Below are positions 28,304 to 38,449 of a stretch of DNA of 64,000 bases, piece by piece. The position numbers and the translations under genes were made by a program. Within the stretch, counting starts at the first letter, position 1; every line of letters starts with the position of its first letter. This DNA comes from Candidatus Omnitrophota bacterium (GTDB lineage Bacteria; Omnitrophota; Gorgyraeia; 2-01-FULL-45-10): positions 331 to 64,330 of the forward strand of contig JAFGJL010000010.1 in NCBI GenBank assembly GCA_016929115.1. Reading direction: 5' to 3'. The notes beneath the pieces were generated by a model. It made no database searches. It was not told where the DNA came from and saw only the letters and a program-made list of their open reading frames with translations.

Positions 28304-29799
28304 ATTTTCACCAGTTTGGCCAATTTCTTGCGTACGCTGAACGGCAAGAGCGGCAGGACAGCATCAGCTATGTTGTAAAGGAACATATAAGGAAGATAGA
28401 GCGCCGGCCTGTTCTTCCTGTAATAATCCAGCCTCGTCTCTTTCCTTATCATGAACGCCCATCGTTTCCACATCCTGTCAGGTGTTTTAGTAAGGTTGAT
28501 GAACGGCCTGCCTCCGTGCTCGCAGACCAGATCAAGATATTTTTCAAGGTCATCGATGAGCTTGTTCTCTTCCACATAATTCCATATAGGCGCTCCGGGC
28601 AGCGGCATAAGATAGTTCAGGGAATACTGATATCCGCCGACATCCTTCAGGAACCGGACCGTCTCCCGGATCGTATCTTTCGTCTCGGAAGGAGAGCCGA
28701 TAACTATCTGAACGACGCTCAGTATGCCTACCTTTTTGGTTGTAAGCACTGTTATATCCCTGTTCTTACTGCTCGATATGCCCTTTCTGTACTCCTTCAG
28801 TATGGTGTCTGACCCGGACTCCTGCCCATAGGAGATCTCGATACATCCGGTATCTTTCATACGGCGTAATATTTTTTCATCCATCTTATCGAGCCTTGCG
28901 CCCGCAACGATGTAGAAGATGTCGATCTTTTCCCTTTCTAACGCATCACAAAATTCATAGACCCATTCCTGACGGGAATTGAAAAGTTCATCGGCAAATG
29001 AAAAACCTTCGATCCCGTAGGTTTCCATGAGAAACTTGATCAGGCGTATCAGATAGCCGACGCTATGCTGCCTTATACCGTCCATGTGCCTGTAGCAGAA
29101 GCTGCATCTATGCGTACAGCCCCTGGCGGTAACGACCGGGAAATAATGCGTCCTGTTGCCTATGCGCGCCTTGATGTCGTTGTACAACGGATTTATCTCA
29201 AACAACATTTTATATGAAGCATAAAGGGTCGACACCGGCTCAAGATACCTCTTCACATCAACAAGATGGTAAGCGGGAAAAGGGATCGAGTCCAGGTCTT
29301 TTATCTGCTCGGGATTCTTATTCCTGGTTATTATCCCGTCCGATCGATGTGAAATGCCCGGAGTGCTTTTCCAGTCCCCGCCGGCCGCGACTTTATCAAG
29401 AAAATACGGCAAGGACGTTTCAACCTCACCGTGAAAAACCGCGTCTATCCCGGCATTTTCCAGAAGAAGGCGGGTGATAGAGGCAAGCGGCCCGCCGGCT
29501 ATCTGTAATATGCCGGGATAATTGGCCTTCACGAATTGAGAGAGCTTCTTTGTCCTGCCATACGAAGTAGATACGCCCCCGTACCCGATTATCGATGGTT
29601 TGAAAGATCCTATCAGCTCTGATATCTTGCTGAAATCTCCCGCATCGAATTTTTCTATATCTGAAGGGTCTAGATACGGATCATAGATAGCTGCCTTGTG
29701 CCCCTCTCTTTCGACGGCCGATCCGGCATACAACAATCCCTGCGGAAGCATGCTTCCGCCCCCTTTTCTCGACGGGCTATTTATCAAAAGGACGTTCAT
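28297..29799 (-). CDS. Cobalamin-binding radical SAM protein
   Basis: PQGLLY, GGPLAS, GEVE, ARGCTHRCSFC, GQESGS, PLPGA; start ATG 29799 (ATGA overlap). Confidence 0.88.
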   Translation of the reverse strand: MNVLLINSPSRKGGGSMLPQGLLYAGSAVEREGHKAAIYDPYLDPSDIEKFDAGDFSKISELIGSFKPSIIGYGGVSTSYGRTKKLSQFVKANYPGILQIAGGPLASITRLLLENAGIDAVFHGEVETSLPYFLDKVAAGGDWKSTPGISHRSDGIITRNKNPEQIKDLDSIPFPAYHLVDVKRYLEPVSTLYASYKMLFEINPLYNDIKARIGNRTHYFPVVTARGCTHRCSFCYRHMDGIRQHSVGYLIRLIKFLMETYGIEGFSFADELFNSRQEWVYEFCDALEREKIDIFYIVAGARLDKMDEKILRRMKDTGCIEISYGQESGSDTILKEYRKGISSSKNRDITVLTTKKVGILSVVQIVIGSPSETKDTIRETVRFLKDVGGYQYSLNYLMPLPGAPIWNYVEENKLIDDLEKYLDLVCEHGGRPFINLTKTPDRMWKRWAFMIRKETRLDYYRKNRPALYLPYMFLYNIADAVLPLLPFSVRKKLAKLVKIW

Positions 29800-30977
29800 A
29801 CGTGCACCTTGATAGCATCCGAGACTATCTGCCAAAAAGGCTTGTCTTCCGAGACAGACCTTTTAATATATGATTCGATATATTCCCTATATGCCGTTTC
29901 ATCTATGGACAGCTCCCCGGCCAGATCGATATCGAGCGCTTCATCCACATTTACCGCCCGTTTATTGAACTGAGAAGCTATATCATCGATGACTCTCCCC
30001 TGCGCGCCCGCCTTCAACTCATTCGTCGTAACGCATATCAGCGGCTTTTTAAATAATATGGCATAGTTGATAGATGTGGTCGAATGCGCTATCACAAAAC
30101 TCGAACGCTTTACAAGCTCAACGGTCTTTCCCTTTATGACGGGCCTCTTCCCGAAGTAATCCGGAAGCTCCTCGTATTTTGAACGTGGATGCGCCGCAAT
30201 GACGACATCAAGACCGCTCTTCTTCTCCAGGAGGCTGAAGAACTTCCTCAGAGGCCCGTAATACTTGTCGGGCGTCGCGAACGGGGCATGTTTCACATAG
30301 AGGTAATCCCGGTGGAAGCAGATATCCTCATCCAGAAACAGGGCGAATGGTTTTTCGGCAACGGAGGCCTTTTCCTTTTCTTTCAGATAGATATCGTAAT
30401 CCAGCGCATGGGCCCACACTATCTTCGTATCGCCGTTCAGAGGATAGTATATATACTGGTTCGCGCTTATTTTTCCTCCTGCCAATAATAAGGCCGCGGG
30501 CCGGACACCGAAATACGCAAATGGCAGCCGGAGAAATATGGCGTTCGATATCTTGTCCGCAGTGAGCCGCCTGAGTCTGCGTAGCGCATCCGGTACCGTC
30601 GATCTGTTATTGCCCTTAGGCAGGGCATTTGCGGCGAACATGGCATACTCTATCCCTTTTCTGGAAATCGCCCTGAACATGGGATAAGAGTTCAGATCGT
30701 AAAAAACGAATGAGACCACAAATGACTTTTCCCGGATAGCTGAAACGGCCTTCAGGACTTCCTTTTTCGCACGAAAGAGGCGGTAACCATCGCAGTTGAT
30801 CGGGCTTTCCCCTGTGATCTTGGCATAGATATCCGGATGCAGCGCCGGAGTAAGGTCCCACACCTCTACTGCGAAACCGCTATCCTTCATGGTATCGACA
30901 CCGAACCTCTCGTAGTCCCTTTTGCAGAAAGGCGCTTCTACCATGTATATTATTTTAGATATTTTGGCCATACCCAT
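29796..30977 (-). CDS. Hypothetical protein, probable GT-B fold transferase
   Basis: LFLDE..FHRD, IAAHPRS, AHSTTSINYAILFKKP. Confidence 0.6.
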   Translation of the reverse strand: MGMAKISKIIYMVEAPFCKRDYERFGVDTMKDSGFAVEVWDLTPALHPDIYAKITGESPINCDGYRLFRAKKEVLKAVSAIREKSFVVSFVFYDLNSYPMFRAISRKGIEYAMFAANALPKGNNRSTVPDALRRLRRLTADKISNAIFLRLPFAYFGVRPAALLLAGGKISANQYIYYPLNGDTKIVWAHALDYDIYLKEKEKASVAEKPFALFLDEDICFHRDYLYVKHAPFATPDKYYGPLRKFFSLLEKKSGLDVVIAAHPRSKYEELPDYFGKRPVIKGKTVELVKRSSFVIAHSTTSINYAILFKKPLICVTTNELKAGAQGRVIDDIASQFNKRAVNVDEALDIDLAGELSIDETAYREYIESYIKRSVSEDKPFWQIVSDAIKVHV

Positions 30978-31971
30978 CCGCCTGCTTATATAGACCCAGT
31001 CCGGACAAGACCGTCTTCACGCGGTATTTCAGCCGGATAAATCCCAGATGAGAACGCATCTTTAAATAATGCCCCTTGAGCCCGCCTCTCATTACAGGCG
31101 CCCCTTTCTTGAATATGCCGAACATATGCACCTTTTGTGCCGGGCCCTTCATTATGAGCCGCAGGCCGGCCTTTGAACAAAAATACTCCAATGTCCAAGG
31201 CGTGAAATAATAAGTGTGCGCGCCCTGCAGTTGCGAAATGCCGAAATTCATGATATTGGGGACGCCTATATATATGACGGACCCGTCGTGCATATGCTTT
31301 GTTATCTTTTTCAGCAAGCCGACGGGGTCCGGCAGGTGCTCCAGAACATGGTTTATGATGACTACGTCATATACGCCCCTGATATCGTTCGCATCGCCCT
31401 GAGCCATGTCTACGCCGTGCTTGCGCCCCAGTTCCACAAGGCTCGGGCTATACTCTATTCCGCGCGCTATCGCCCCCGCCTTTATGAAAGGCAGGAGATT
31501 CCATCCTCCGCCGGCGCCGAGCTCGATCACCGTTACCCCCGGCGTTATTTTCCTTGCCTTATCAACCGCTTCAAAGATATGGATCACGGAGCTGTCTTCG
31601 TATTTGCGTTTCTCGAATGCCTCGAGATAGTCATAACCTTCGTAACATCTCCTGTAAAGGTCCGATGAATAGAAATCGCGGGTTTGGGCTTCGGTCATCC
31701 TCGGATTGGACCGGATGAGGCCGCAATCGGTACACATGACCGTCTGCTGGAGTATGGCGTACCTGTCGATCGACGCTATCAGTACAAAATCCCGGCAACC
31801 GCACAGGCAAGGCGCTTCTTCAAACGCCACCCTGTTGTTTGTAATATCTTCGTTAAACTTCCCGATAAGCCGCAACTGGTCATCCGTCGTTGGCCCGACC
31901 GGTTTAGCCGCGGACGTGAACGGTTCGAACGGGAATAATATAGCGCCTGTTTTCATTTTAATCCCACTCAA
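30955..31971 (-). CDS. Class I SAM methyltransferase with N-terminal Zn ribbon
   Basis: CLCG..DRY..CTDCGL..NPR, ELGAGGG, HVLEHLPDP, AHTYYF. Confidence 0.85.
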   Translation of the reverse strand: MSGIKMKTGAILFPFEPFTSAAKPVGPTTDDQLRLIGKFNEDITNNRVAFEEAPCLCGCRDFVLIASIDRYAILQQTVMCTDCGLIRSNPRMTEAQTRDFYSSDLYRRCYEGYDYLEAFEKRKYEDSSVIHIFEAVDKARKITPGVTVIELGAGGGWNLLPFIKAGAIARGIEYSPSLVELGRKHGVDMAQGDANDIRGVYDVVIINHVLEHLPDPVGLLKKITKHMHDGSVIYIGVPNIMNFGISQLQGAHTYYFTPWTLEYFCSKAGLRLIMKGPAQKVHMFGIFKKGAPVMRGGLKGHYLKMRSHLGFIRLKYRVKTVLSGLGLYKQADGYGQNI

Positions 31972-32839
31972 AATCTTCTTCGCGAAAATATCTCAGCTTA
32001 TATTTCACCTTCTCCTCTTCGGAGAATAAGACCTTCTCTCCTGTCCCGAGAAGGTCTTTTACGGCCCTTGCATCCCTCACTACGAGTTCCAATCCTCTTT
32101 TTTCCAAAGAAGCTGATTGGTCTGACCCGTACATGCTCCTGTCAAGAGTTATATGCCTTTCCAGGGCCACGGCGCCCAACGCAGCCGCAACCGTAGTCGG
32201 GCCTACGCCGTTCTCGTGGCCGCTGTAACCCACCGGGCAGTCATATCTCTTCCTGAAGACATCGATCATCTTTACGTTGCACCATTCGTCCGGGCACGGA
32301 TAGATCGAGACGCAGTGCATAAGGGTGAACGGGCAGTCATGCTTTCTGAAAAGGGCGACCACCCTGTCCACCTCATCCAACTTGCTCATGCCCGTCGAGA
32401 TAAAGGTGTGTTTGCCTTCCCTGGCTATCATCTCAACCAGGCCCTTGTGGGTAAGCATAGCCGACGCTATTTTGTTGAACGGCAGGTCGTACTGCCTCAG
32501 GAACTCCTGGCTCTTTTCATCCCATGCGGAAGCGAACCAGTGGATACCGATCTCTTTGCAATGCCTGTCAATGACATCGTATCCTGGCTTGCCCAGCTCA
32601 AGGGCCTCCTTCTGGGCCCTTTGCGTAGTCCCCCAGGGGCTCTGTCTCGGGGAATCGAGCACCTCTTTAGGGTAGACTATTTCTATAGTCCTCTTCTGGA
32701 ACTTTACAGCATCAGCCCCGCATTCCTTCGCCATATCAATCAACTTCTTTGCGATACCGACATCACCGTTGTGATTGATACCTACCTCGGCTATTATGAA
32801 CGGCAAGCTCTCCTCATTCTTATAAGGATCTATGCGCAT
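31958..32839 (-). CDS. neuB: NeuB-family ulosonate synthase, short form without SAF domain
   Basis: IIAEVGINHNGD, KFQKR, ISTGMS, HCVSIYP, GYSGHE, ERHITLD, GSDQSASLE; 293 aa. Confidence 0.9.
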   Translation of the reverse strand: MRIDPYKNEESLPFIIAEVGINHNGDVGIAKKLIDMAKECGADAVKFQKRTIEIVYPKEVLDSPRQSPWGTTQRAQKEALELGKPGYDVIDRHCKEIGIHWFASAWDEKSQEFLRQYDLPFNKIASAMLTHKGLVEMIAREGKHTFISTGMSKLDEVDRVVALFRKHDCPFTLMHCVSIYPCPDEWCNVKMIDVFRKRYDCPVGYSGHENGVGPTTVAAALGAVALERHITLDRSMYGSDQSASLEKRGLELVVRDARAVKDLLGTGEKVLFSEEEKVKYKLRYFREEDFEWD

Positions 32840-34757
32840 ACGATACCTCCTTTTTGCTCTCCGCCAATCCGTTCTCTTCCCTGTACTTCTTCACTGAAAT
32901 ATCCAGCGAATGCTTTGCATCGTTCGTTCTTGCCAGCTCGCACATAAAGGTTTGAATAAATCCGCCTATCCTTTCAGGCGCCAGGAGATCATCGAAATAA
33001 TTGAACTTCTGTCTCCATTCGGTAAAATCGCCTATCGTCCTGTCCCCTCCAGCCGCTTTAACGATCGCCGCCTTAAGGTCATCGAGTGAAAGATATACGA
33101 TCTTCTGCCCTGCGTCTGTCTGGAATGTGCGGTGGCGTATCCCGCCGCAGTCCCAGTGTATCGCGCGGCAACCATGGACAGCGGAAATGATGCCGGCGGA
33201 ATTAAGCCCGAAACATACCGAAAGGTCGGCTTGCCCGGATGCCGCAAGCGGATTATTTTGACGGTCCAGCATGACAAACCGCTTCTCTTTCGCAAGAGCG
33301 TCCATTCTCGAAACGATCTTTTCCCCTTCCGGCAACGACCGCAGGCGCGCCCTGTCACTATTCTTGCTCTTGACTATAGCGCCCCACCGCGGGTTATCTT
33401 CGATGAGGCCCAGTATCTCCAGATAGAACCTTGCCAGCGTAGCGGTCGAATACTGGATATTGTACCCTGCGGAGTTGTCGAATATCGCTATGACGAAATC
33501 CAGCCCGTCGCTAAAAGCCGGCTTCGGATCGAGGCCTCCCTCAGGCCGCATCATCCATAATCCGGAAGGCAGTATATTCCGGGGGGCATTGCCTATCTTT
33601 TCCATATATTCCCGGATCTCCTCCCCCCAAGTGAAATAGACATGGTGCGGAAAGATGTGGGTGGGAAGCGACAGGAAGTAGTAGTTAGACCAGTTATACC
33701 CTAACATGATGCCGCCGGCCGCCTCAACGGCCTTTGCCTGGACTTCCTGCCTCCAGAAAGCTTCCTGATGCTGGATCAGCACCTTCACCTGGAACCGCCT
33801 GAAGATCTTCTCATACAACAATAGATACAATTCATAATCAAAATAGAACAGCCGGAGCCACCGAGGCGATTTTTTAGTGAAGCGGCGGCGCCTTGGAAAC
33901 AGCCTGTTTAACTCGCTAAGCCTTATACCGCTCAGAGATATCATCGGGAAGAAATGAAGGTCGATCCATTTACATCCTCTCTTCCCGGCCATCTCGGCAA
34001 ACTTCAGCCGCAAGCCATCGTCGTTCCTGTCGAGATAATACACTACGTCGAATGCCTCTGCCTTGACGTGGCCGCGCCAGAAAAGAAAATCGACCATGCC
34101 CACATTGGCATATTCCACCCAGACAGCAGGCCTTGGCCGATCTATGTTCCCCCGCGCCTTTGCGGGGATAAACCTCGCCGCCAGAATAGCTAAAAAACAA
34201 AGAGCCGGTTTCGTAAAGAAACCCGCTGTTTCCATCACTCCGCATTCTTTTACGTCGAAATCCTTTTTCTCGTCGAACAGGAATATAACGGAGTTAAGAG
34301 GGTGCCTTTGTACATAGAGCACATGCCTGATATCTTTTGCGGTATTTTCCTGGCATTTTACCTTCGCCTCGACCATTGTCATGAACATAAAACGGTGGAG
34401 CAGGAAGCGGGCAAGGTAGGACTTAACCATCTTCCTGAACGAAGCGGGCTCTTCAGGTAGATATTGCATACAAAATTTTTCCAGGCATGTATCCGCCCGC
34501 ATCTGAGCCCGTTGGCTTAACGCAAATCCCTCGCCCTCCTTAAGATTCATCGATAGTCCGGCCTTATGAAAATTACGACATAGCCCGATCTTCCCGGCAA
34601 ACGGCATAAGGCGGGCTGCCGCACAGGATATCCTGTGCTCATCATACAGTATTTCGGCTCCGGAAAAGAAGCTTACGAACGACAAAGACAGCAGCTGTGC
34701 CAAACCCATCTTCTCAACCCATATTTTTTTTACACATCTTCTGCTTTCGCTATTCAT
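32820..34757 (-). CDS. Large hypothetical protein, possible glycan transferase
   Basis: 645-aa coupled ORF; YFTWG, IAIFD and GLNSAG segments suggest a GT-B-like C-terminal half. Confidence 0.55.
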   Translation of the reverse strand: MNSESRRCVKKIWVEKMGLAQLLSLSFVSFFSGAEILYDEHRISCAAARLMPFAGKIGLCRNFHKAGLSMNLKEGEGFALSQRAQMRADTCLEKFCMQYLPEEPASFRKMVKSYLARFLLHRFMFMTMVEAKVKCQENTAKDIRHVLYVQRHPLNSVIFLFDEKKDFDVKECGVMETAGFFTKPALCFLAILAARFIPAKARGNIDRPRPAVWVEYANVGMVDFLFWRGHVKAEAFDVVYYLDRNDDGLRLKFAEMAGKRGCKWIDLHFFPMISLSGIRLSELNRLFPRRRRFTKKSPRWLRLFYFDYELYLLLYEKIFRRFQVKVLIQHQEAFWRQEVQAKAVEAAGGIMLGYNWSNYYFLSLPTHIFPHHVYFTWGEEIREYMEKIGNAPRNILPSGLWMMRPEGGLDPKPAFSDGLDFVIAIFDNSAGYNIQYSTATLARFYLEILGLIEDNPRWGAIVKSKNSDRARLRSLPEGEKIVSRMDALAKEKRFVMLDRQNNPLAASGQADLSVCFGLNSAGIISAVHGCRAIHWDCGGIRHRTFQTDAGQKIVYLSLDDLKAAIVKAAGGDRTIGDFTEWRQKFNYFDDLLAPERIGGFIQTFMCELARTNDAKHSLDISVKKYREENGLAESKKEVSYAHRSL

Positions 34758-34768
34758 ATTGCCCCGCG

Positions 34769-36163
34769 TTAAGCGTGCCGGAAACCTCGAAAAGCGGCAT
34801 CCTTTTCCAGATAAAGCGCTTTTGACTGCCGTATCGACTCGGACAGCTTTTTGCCGAAATAGTTCTCAAGGAGCCTTACGTTAGCCTCTAAAAGGCACCT
34901 GTGGAATTCATCGTCTTCCATATCCGTGAAGTTCACGCTCAAAAGGTCGGAATTGACATGCTTATGCTCATAAAAATCCTCGCAGTCCTTAAGCAACCCT
35001 TTTGTGATAGCGTGATAATACAAGGGAGACCCGGGATAAGGCGTAACAGGCCGTATGGTCCTGATCTGGGACCCGTCGTCATACTTCAAAAGGAACTCCA
35101 CGCCTTTTTCCAGAGTCTCTTTGTCCTCGCCGATGTTCCCGAATATGATATTGAGGCCCGGGCTTATGCCGACCTCAAGCGTGTTCTCGATCCCCTTTAT
35201 CACCTGCTCGGTCGTCAGGGCCTTGTTCATGTTCTTGAGTATGCGGTCATCCATGGCCTCTATACCGTAGTTGACAAATACGCACCCTGCCTTCTTCATC
35301 AGCTCAAGCACCTTCTTCGTGGCAAAGTTGAGCCTGCCGTTGCAATACCAGTTTATGCCGAGCCCCGCACGAAGAAAATCCTCGCACAGCTCCGTCGTCC
35401 TCGCCTCCGAGCACATGAAAAGATCGTCGCAGAAAGATATGTAGGTGACGTTATACCTGTCCTTGAGCGTCTTTATCTCGTCTATTATGCTCTTGGCTGT
35501 CCTTGGGCGGAACCCCTTGTCCATCCTGTAGCAGAAATTGCACTTATAAGGGCAGCCCCGGCCCGTTATTATAGGAAGACCTTTCTGGTTGTGTTTGATA
35601 TTGGGAAAACGGAACAGGGAGTAATATTCCATGTTAAAGAGATCCCATGCCGGATACGGTATCGAATCGAGGTCCTTTATCAGCGGCCGCGATGGCGTCT
35701 GGATGAACTTTCCGCTCTCTTTGTCTATATAGGCTATGCCCTTAACATCTTTCCACGGAGAATCATTTTCGATGGCCTTGCATAACTCCACGATAGTCTT
35801 TTCGCCCTCGCCTGTCACGACAGCGTCCGCTTCCGTCTTCTTCAGGAAATACTGCGGCTCAGGCGACGGGCCGTGCCCGCCGATGACATAGACCGGCCTG
35901 TTCTTTGACTTATTTACGGCCTCGGATATCTTGAGCAATTTCCTGTATTGGTAATATCCGCCCGAAACGCCCATGCCCACCAGGTCAAACCGGTGTTCAT
36001 CAAGATAAGCGGTGATATGCCCCTCCGGAAGATGGCCCGCATCCTGCTGATAGACGGTCACATCGTGCCCCGCCTCCCTCAGCGCGGCCGCGACGTATCC
36101 CAATCCCAGAGGGAACCAGTGCAGGAACGAATCGTTGTCATAGGCTATCAAGAGTATCTTCAT
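34769..36163 (-). CDS. Cobalamin-binding radical SAM protein
   Basis: PLGLGYVAA, GGHGPS, GEGE, GRGCPYKCNFC, PYPGS. Confidence 0.9.
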   Translation of the reverse strand: MKILLIAYDNDSFLHWFPLGLGYVAAALREAGHDVTVYQQDAGHLPEGHITAYLDEHRFDLVGMGVSGGYYQYRKLLKISEAVNKSKNRPVYVIGGHGPSPEPQYFLKKTEADAVVTGEGEKTIVELCKAIENDSPWKDVKGIAYIDKESGKFIQTPSRPLIKDLDSIPYPAWDLFNMEYYSLFRFPNIKHNQKGLPIITGRGCPYKCNFCYRMDKGFRPRTAKSIIDEIKTLKDRYNVTYISFCDDLFMCSEARTTELCEDFLRAGLGINWYCNGRLNFATKKVLELMKKAGCVFVNYGIEAMDDRILKNMNKALTTEQVIKGIENTLEVGISPGLNIIFGNIGEDKETLEKGVEFLLKYDDGSQIRTIRPVTPYPGSPLYYHAITKGLLKDCEDFYEHKHVNSDLLSVNFTDMEDDEFHRCLLEANVRLLENYFGKKLSESIRQSKALYLEKDAAFRGFRHA

Positions 36164-37746
36164 GCTGTTTCCAGTGCCGGCTCTTCATTAAAACGCTTTT
36201 TATAGACCCTGTATTCCAGGTCGCGCAGGCCTCTTGCCGCCTCGCTATCGGCCGCGGTAAGCAACCGCTTCACTTCGTCGCGCATCGCTGGCTCGGTCTC
36301 CTGAAAAAGTATAAAATTGTCCATGAGCCTCTTGCCCTCTTCCTTTGTCTTCGGGTCTACTTTGAGGACGGTGTCCTCGAACGTGATGTAATTCTCATTC
36401 AGATAGTCCATGTCGCGGACGGATCCTTCGTCCTCGATCCTGTTGAGCGCGTTCAAGTCGATCATGCCTTCTTTCATGCAATACTCTCTCAGCTCCGTTC
36501 CGGCGTAAGGGTAAAATATCCTTGCGGAAGCATGGTCGATGCCCCATTTGCCGCTTAAGCGGACATCCTGCCACATGTCTTCCAGCGTTTCATGGGGAAG
36601 GAAGAACATGAAATTGGCGACTTTCCGCAAGCCGTACTCAGTGATTATTTCGAAACATCTTTCGTACGCCTCATTGGATATGGGCTTGTTGAGGACCTTT
36701 TTTCTCAGCCGCTCATTCGACGTTTCCACCCCCACGCTCACTGACCGGCAACCCATCTCCGCCAGCATCCTGGCATTGTCGCGGTTTATCGTTTGCGCGG
36801 TCGTTTCGATGGTGAACGGCAGCGCTATGCTTTTTTTGTAAATGCTTGCGAATTTTGACAGATAATCCTTCGGCATCGAAAGGAATGTCTCGTCCCAGAA
36901 GCGCAGGAATTCCAGGTCATAGCGCTCCTTCAGGAAAAGAAGCTCGTCTGTGAGATAAGAAAGGCTCTTGAACCGCGGGCGTCTGCTTTCCCCGCCATAT
37001 ATGCGCCCGAAGAGGTCGTTTATGCAAAAATTGCATACATACGGGCATCCCCTGCCGATGAAAACGCTTCCCCGCCTGTAAAGTTTCCCTTCAAAGGGAT
37101 AGTAGAAATTGGCATCGTTGTACATGGACCAATCCAACATGGGAACGTCGTCGCTGAACTGCATCAGCGGCCTCAGGGGATTCTTTATGACCTTACCGTC
37201 CTTCTTTATCCACAGGTTCTTGATGGAGGTATCCGTCTTTCCGCTGTCTATAGCATCGAGGAGGTCGACAAGCGCCAGCTCCCCCTCGCCCACGCAGACC
37301 ATCGACACCTCGTCATGTTTTATGACTTGCTCCGGCCTGACCGTGGCGTGAACGCCGCCCACTATGATGGGGATATCCGGCACCATTGCGCGGACCTTCC
37401 TTATAAGAAAAAGCGCAAAGGGCCAATCGTCGGAAAACGACGAAAAGCCGATGACATCGATCTTGCGGTTCACGATAGCGCCTCTGAGATCGCCCAAAAG
37501 GCTCATGATGGACTTTTTCCGCGGCATGACCTCTTTATTCTTTATCGCCCTGAATTCAAGGTCTATGCGGGGCTTGTCCTTATACGACCTGTACGATGCC
37601 GCTGCCTTATCGCTCGTGTAATCCGCGGTGTCAAAAAATATGAACTTGTGCCCTGCTTTTTTGGCAAAAGCCGACATGCTCGAGATGCCCGGATACTGGA
37701 CGCCCGAGACCAGCCTGTTGCAATGTATCATCAAAACCGTTGCCAT
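36160..37746 (-). CDS. Cobalamin-binding radical SAM protein
   Basis: GGVHAT, VGEGE, GRGCPYVCNFC, GVETSN, PYAGT. Confidence 0.9.
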   Translation of the reverse strand: MATVLMIHCNRLVSGVQYPGISSMSAFAKKAGHKFIFFDTADYTSDKAAASYRSYKDKPRIDLEFRAIKNKEVMPRKKSIMSLLGDLRGAIVNRKIDVIGFSSFSDDWPFALFLIRKVRAMVPDIPIIVGGVHATVRPEQVIKHDEVSMVCVGEGELALVDLLDAIDSGKTDTSIKNLWIKKDGKVIKNPLRPLMQFSDDVPMLDWSMYNDANFYYPFEGKLYRRGSVFIGRGCPYVCNFCINDLFGRIYGGESRRPRFKSLSYLTDELLFLKERYDLEFLRFWDETFLSMPKDYLSKFASIYKKSIALPFTIETTAQTINRDNARMLAEMGCRSVSVGVETSNERLRKKVLNKPISNEAYERCFEIITEYGLRKVANFMFFLPHETLEDMWQDVRLSGKWGIDHASARIFYPYAGTELREYCMKEGMIDLNALNRIEDEGSVRDMDYLNENYITFEDTVLKVDPKTKEEGKRLMDNFILFQETEPAMRDEVKRLLTAADSEAARGLRDLEYRVYKKRFNEEPALETA

Positions 37747-37766
37747 GCGCTATCCTGCTTATCGTT

Positions 37767-38426
37767 TCAGGCCACTTCCACAAATGATATCGCGTTTGAA
37801 TAAGGAAGTTTATTTATCTTTATATTCTTACCGTTGAAGAAATCATCTATCGCTTTATTGGCGCCCGCGAACGCGCCGTAATCATCCAGCACCACGATGC
37901 CCCCTTTGGAGACGAGCGGATACAGCTCTTTAAGGCAAACAGCCGTCGCTTCATGCAAGTCCACATCGATATGCAAAAGGGATATCTTGAGATGGGGATT
38001 TTTAGCTTTGTACTCCGGGACGGTCTTCAATATGTCCCCTTCAACGAGATCTATGTTCTGGTATAAGCCGAGCTTTTGAAGTACGGAGACGAACTGGTCC
38101 TTGCTGATGCTCTGGCTGCCTGCCTCTTTTATGAATTGCGCCCTGCGCTCCACATCCTTTTCATACTTCGCCGCCGGAAATTCCCCGAACGTATCGAACG
38201 CCACTATCTTCTTTGAGTGGACGTTCTCGAAAAGCGCCCTGAATTTGATGAAACGCGAAAGCGAGACGCCTTTAAAGACGCCGCACTCCACTATGTCCCC
38301 CGCTATGCCGGATACCCTCCTGAAAAGGTCGAGGTGTGTCGCGAACTTACTTATCCTGTTGATGGGGGCCGTCAGGTAGAAATTATTCTCGTAATCGAAC
38401 TGTTTTGCGAAATCAAGCTCTATCAT
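37767..38426 (-). CDS. TylF/MycF/NovP-family sugar O-methyltransferase
   Basis: GDIVECGVFKG, FDTF, LLHIDVDL, GGIVVLDDY. Confidence 0.9.
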   Translation of the reverse strand: MIELDFAKQFDYENNFYLTAPINRISKFATHLDLFRRVSGIAGDIVECGVFKGVSLSRFIKFRALFENVHSKKIVAFDTFGEFPAAKYEKDVERRAQFIKEAGSQSISKDQFVSVLQKLGLYQNIDLVEGDILKTVPEYKAKNPHLKISLLHIDVDLHEATAVCLKELYPLVSKGGIVVLDDYGAFAGANKAIDDFFNGKNIKINKLPYSNAISFVEVA

Positions 38427-38449
38427 ATGCCTCTCCTTAGCGCCTGCGG

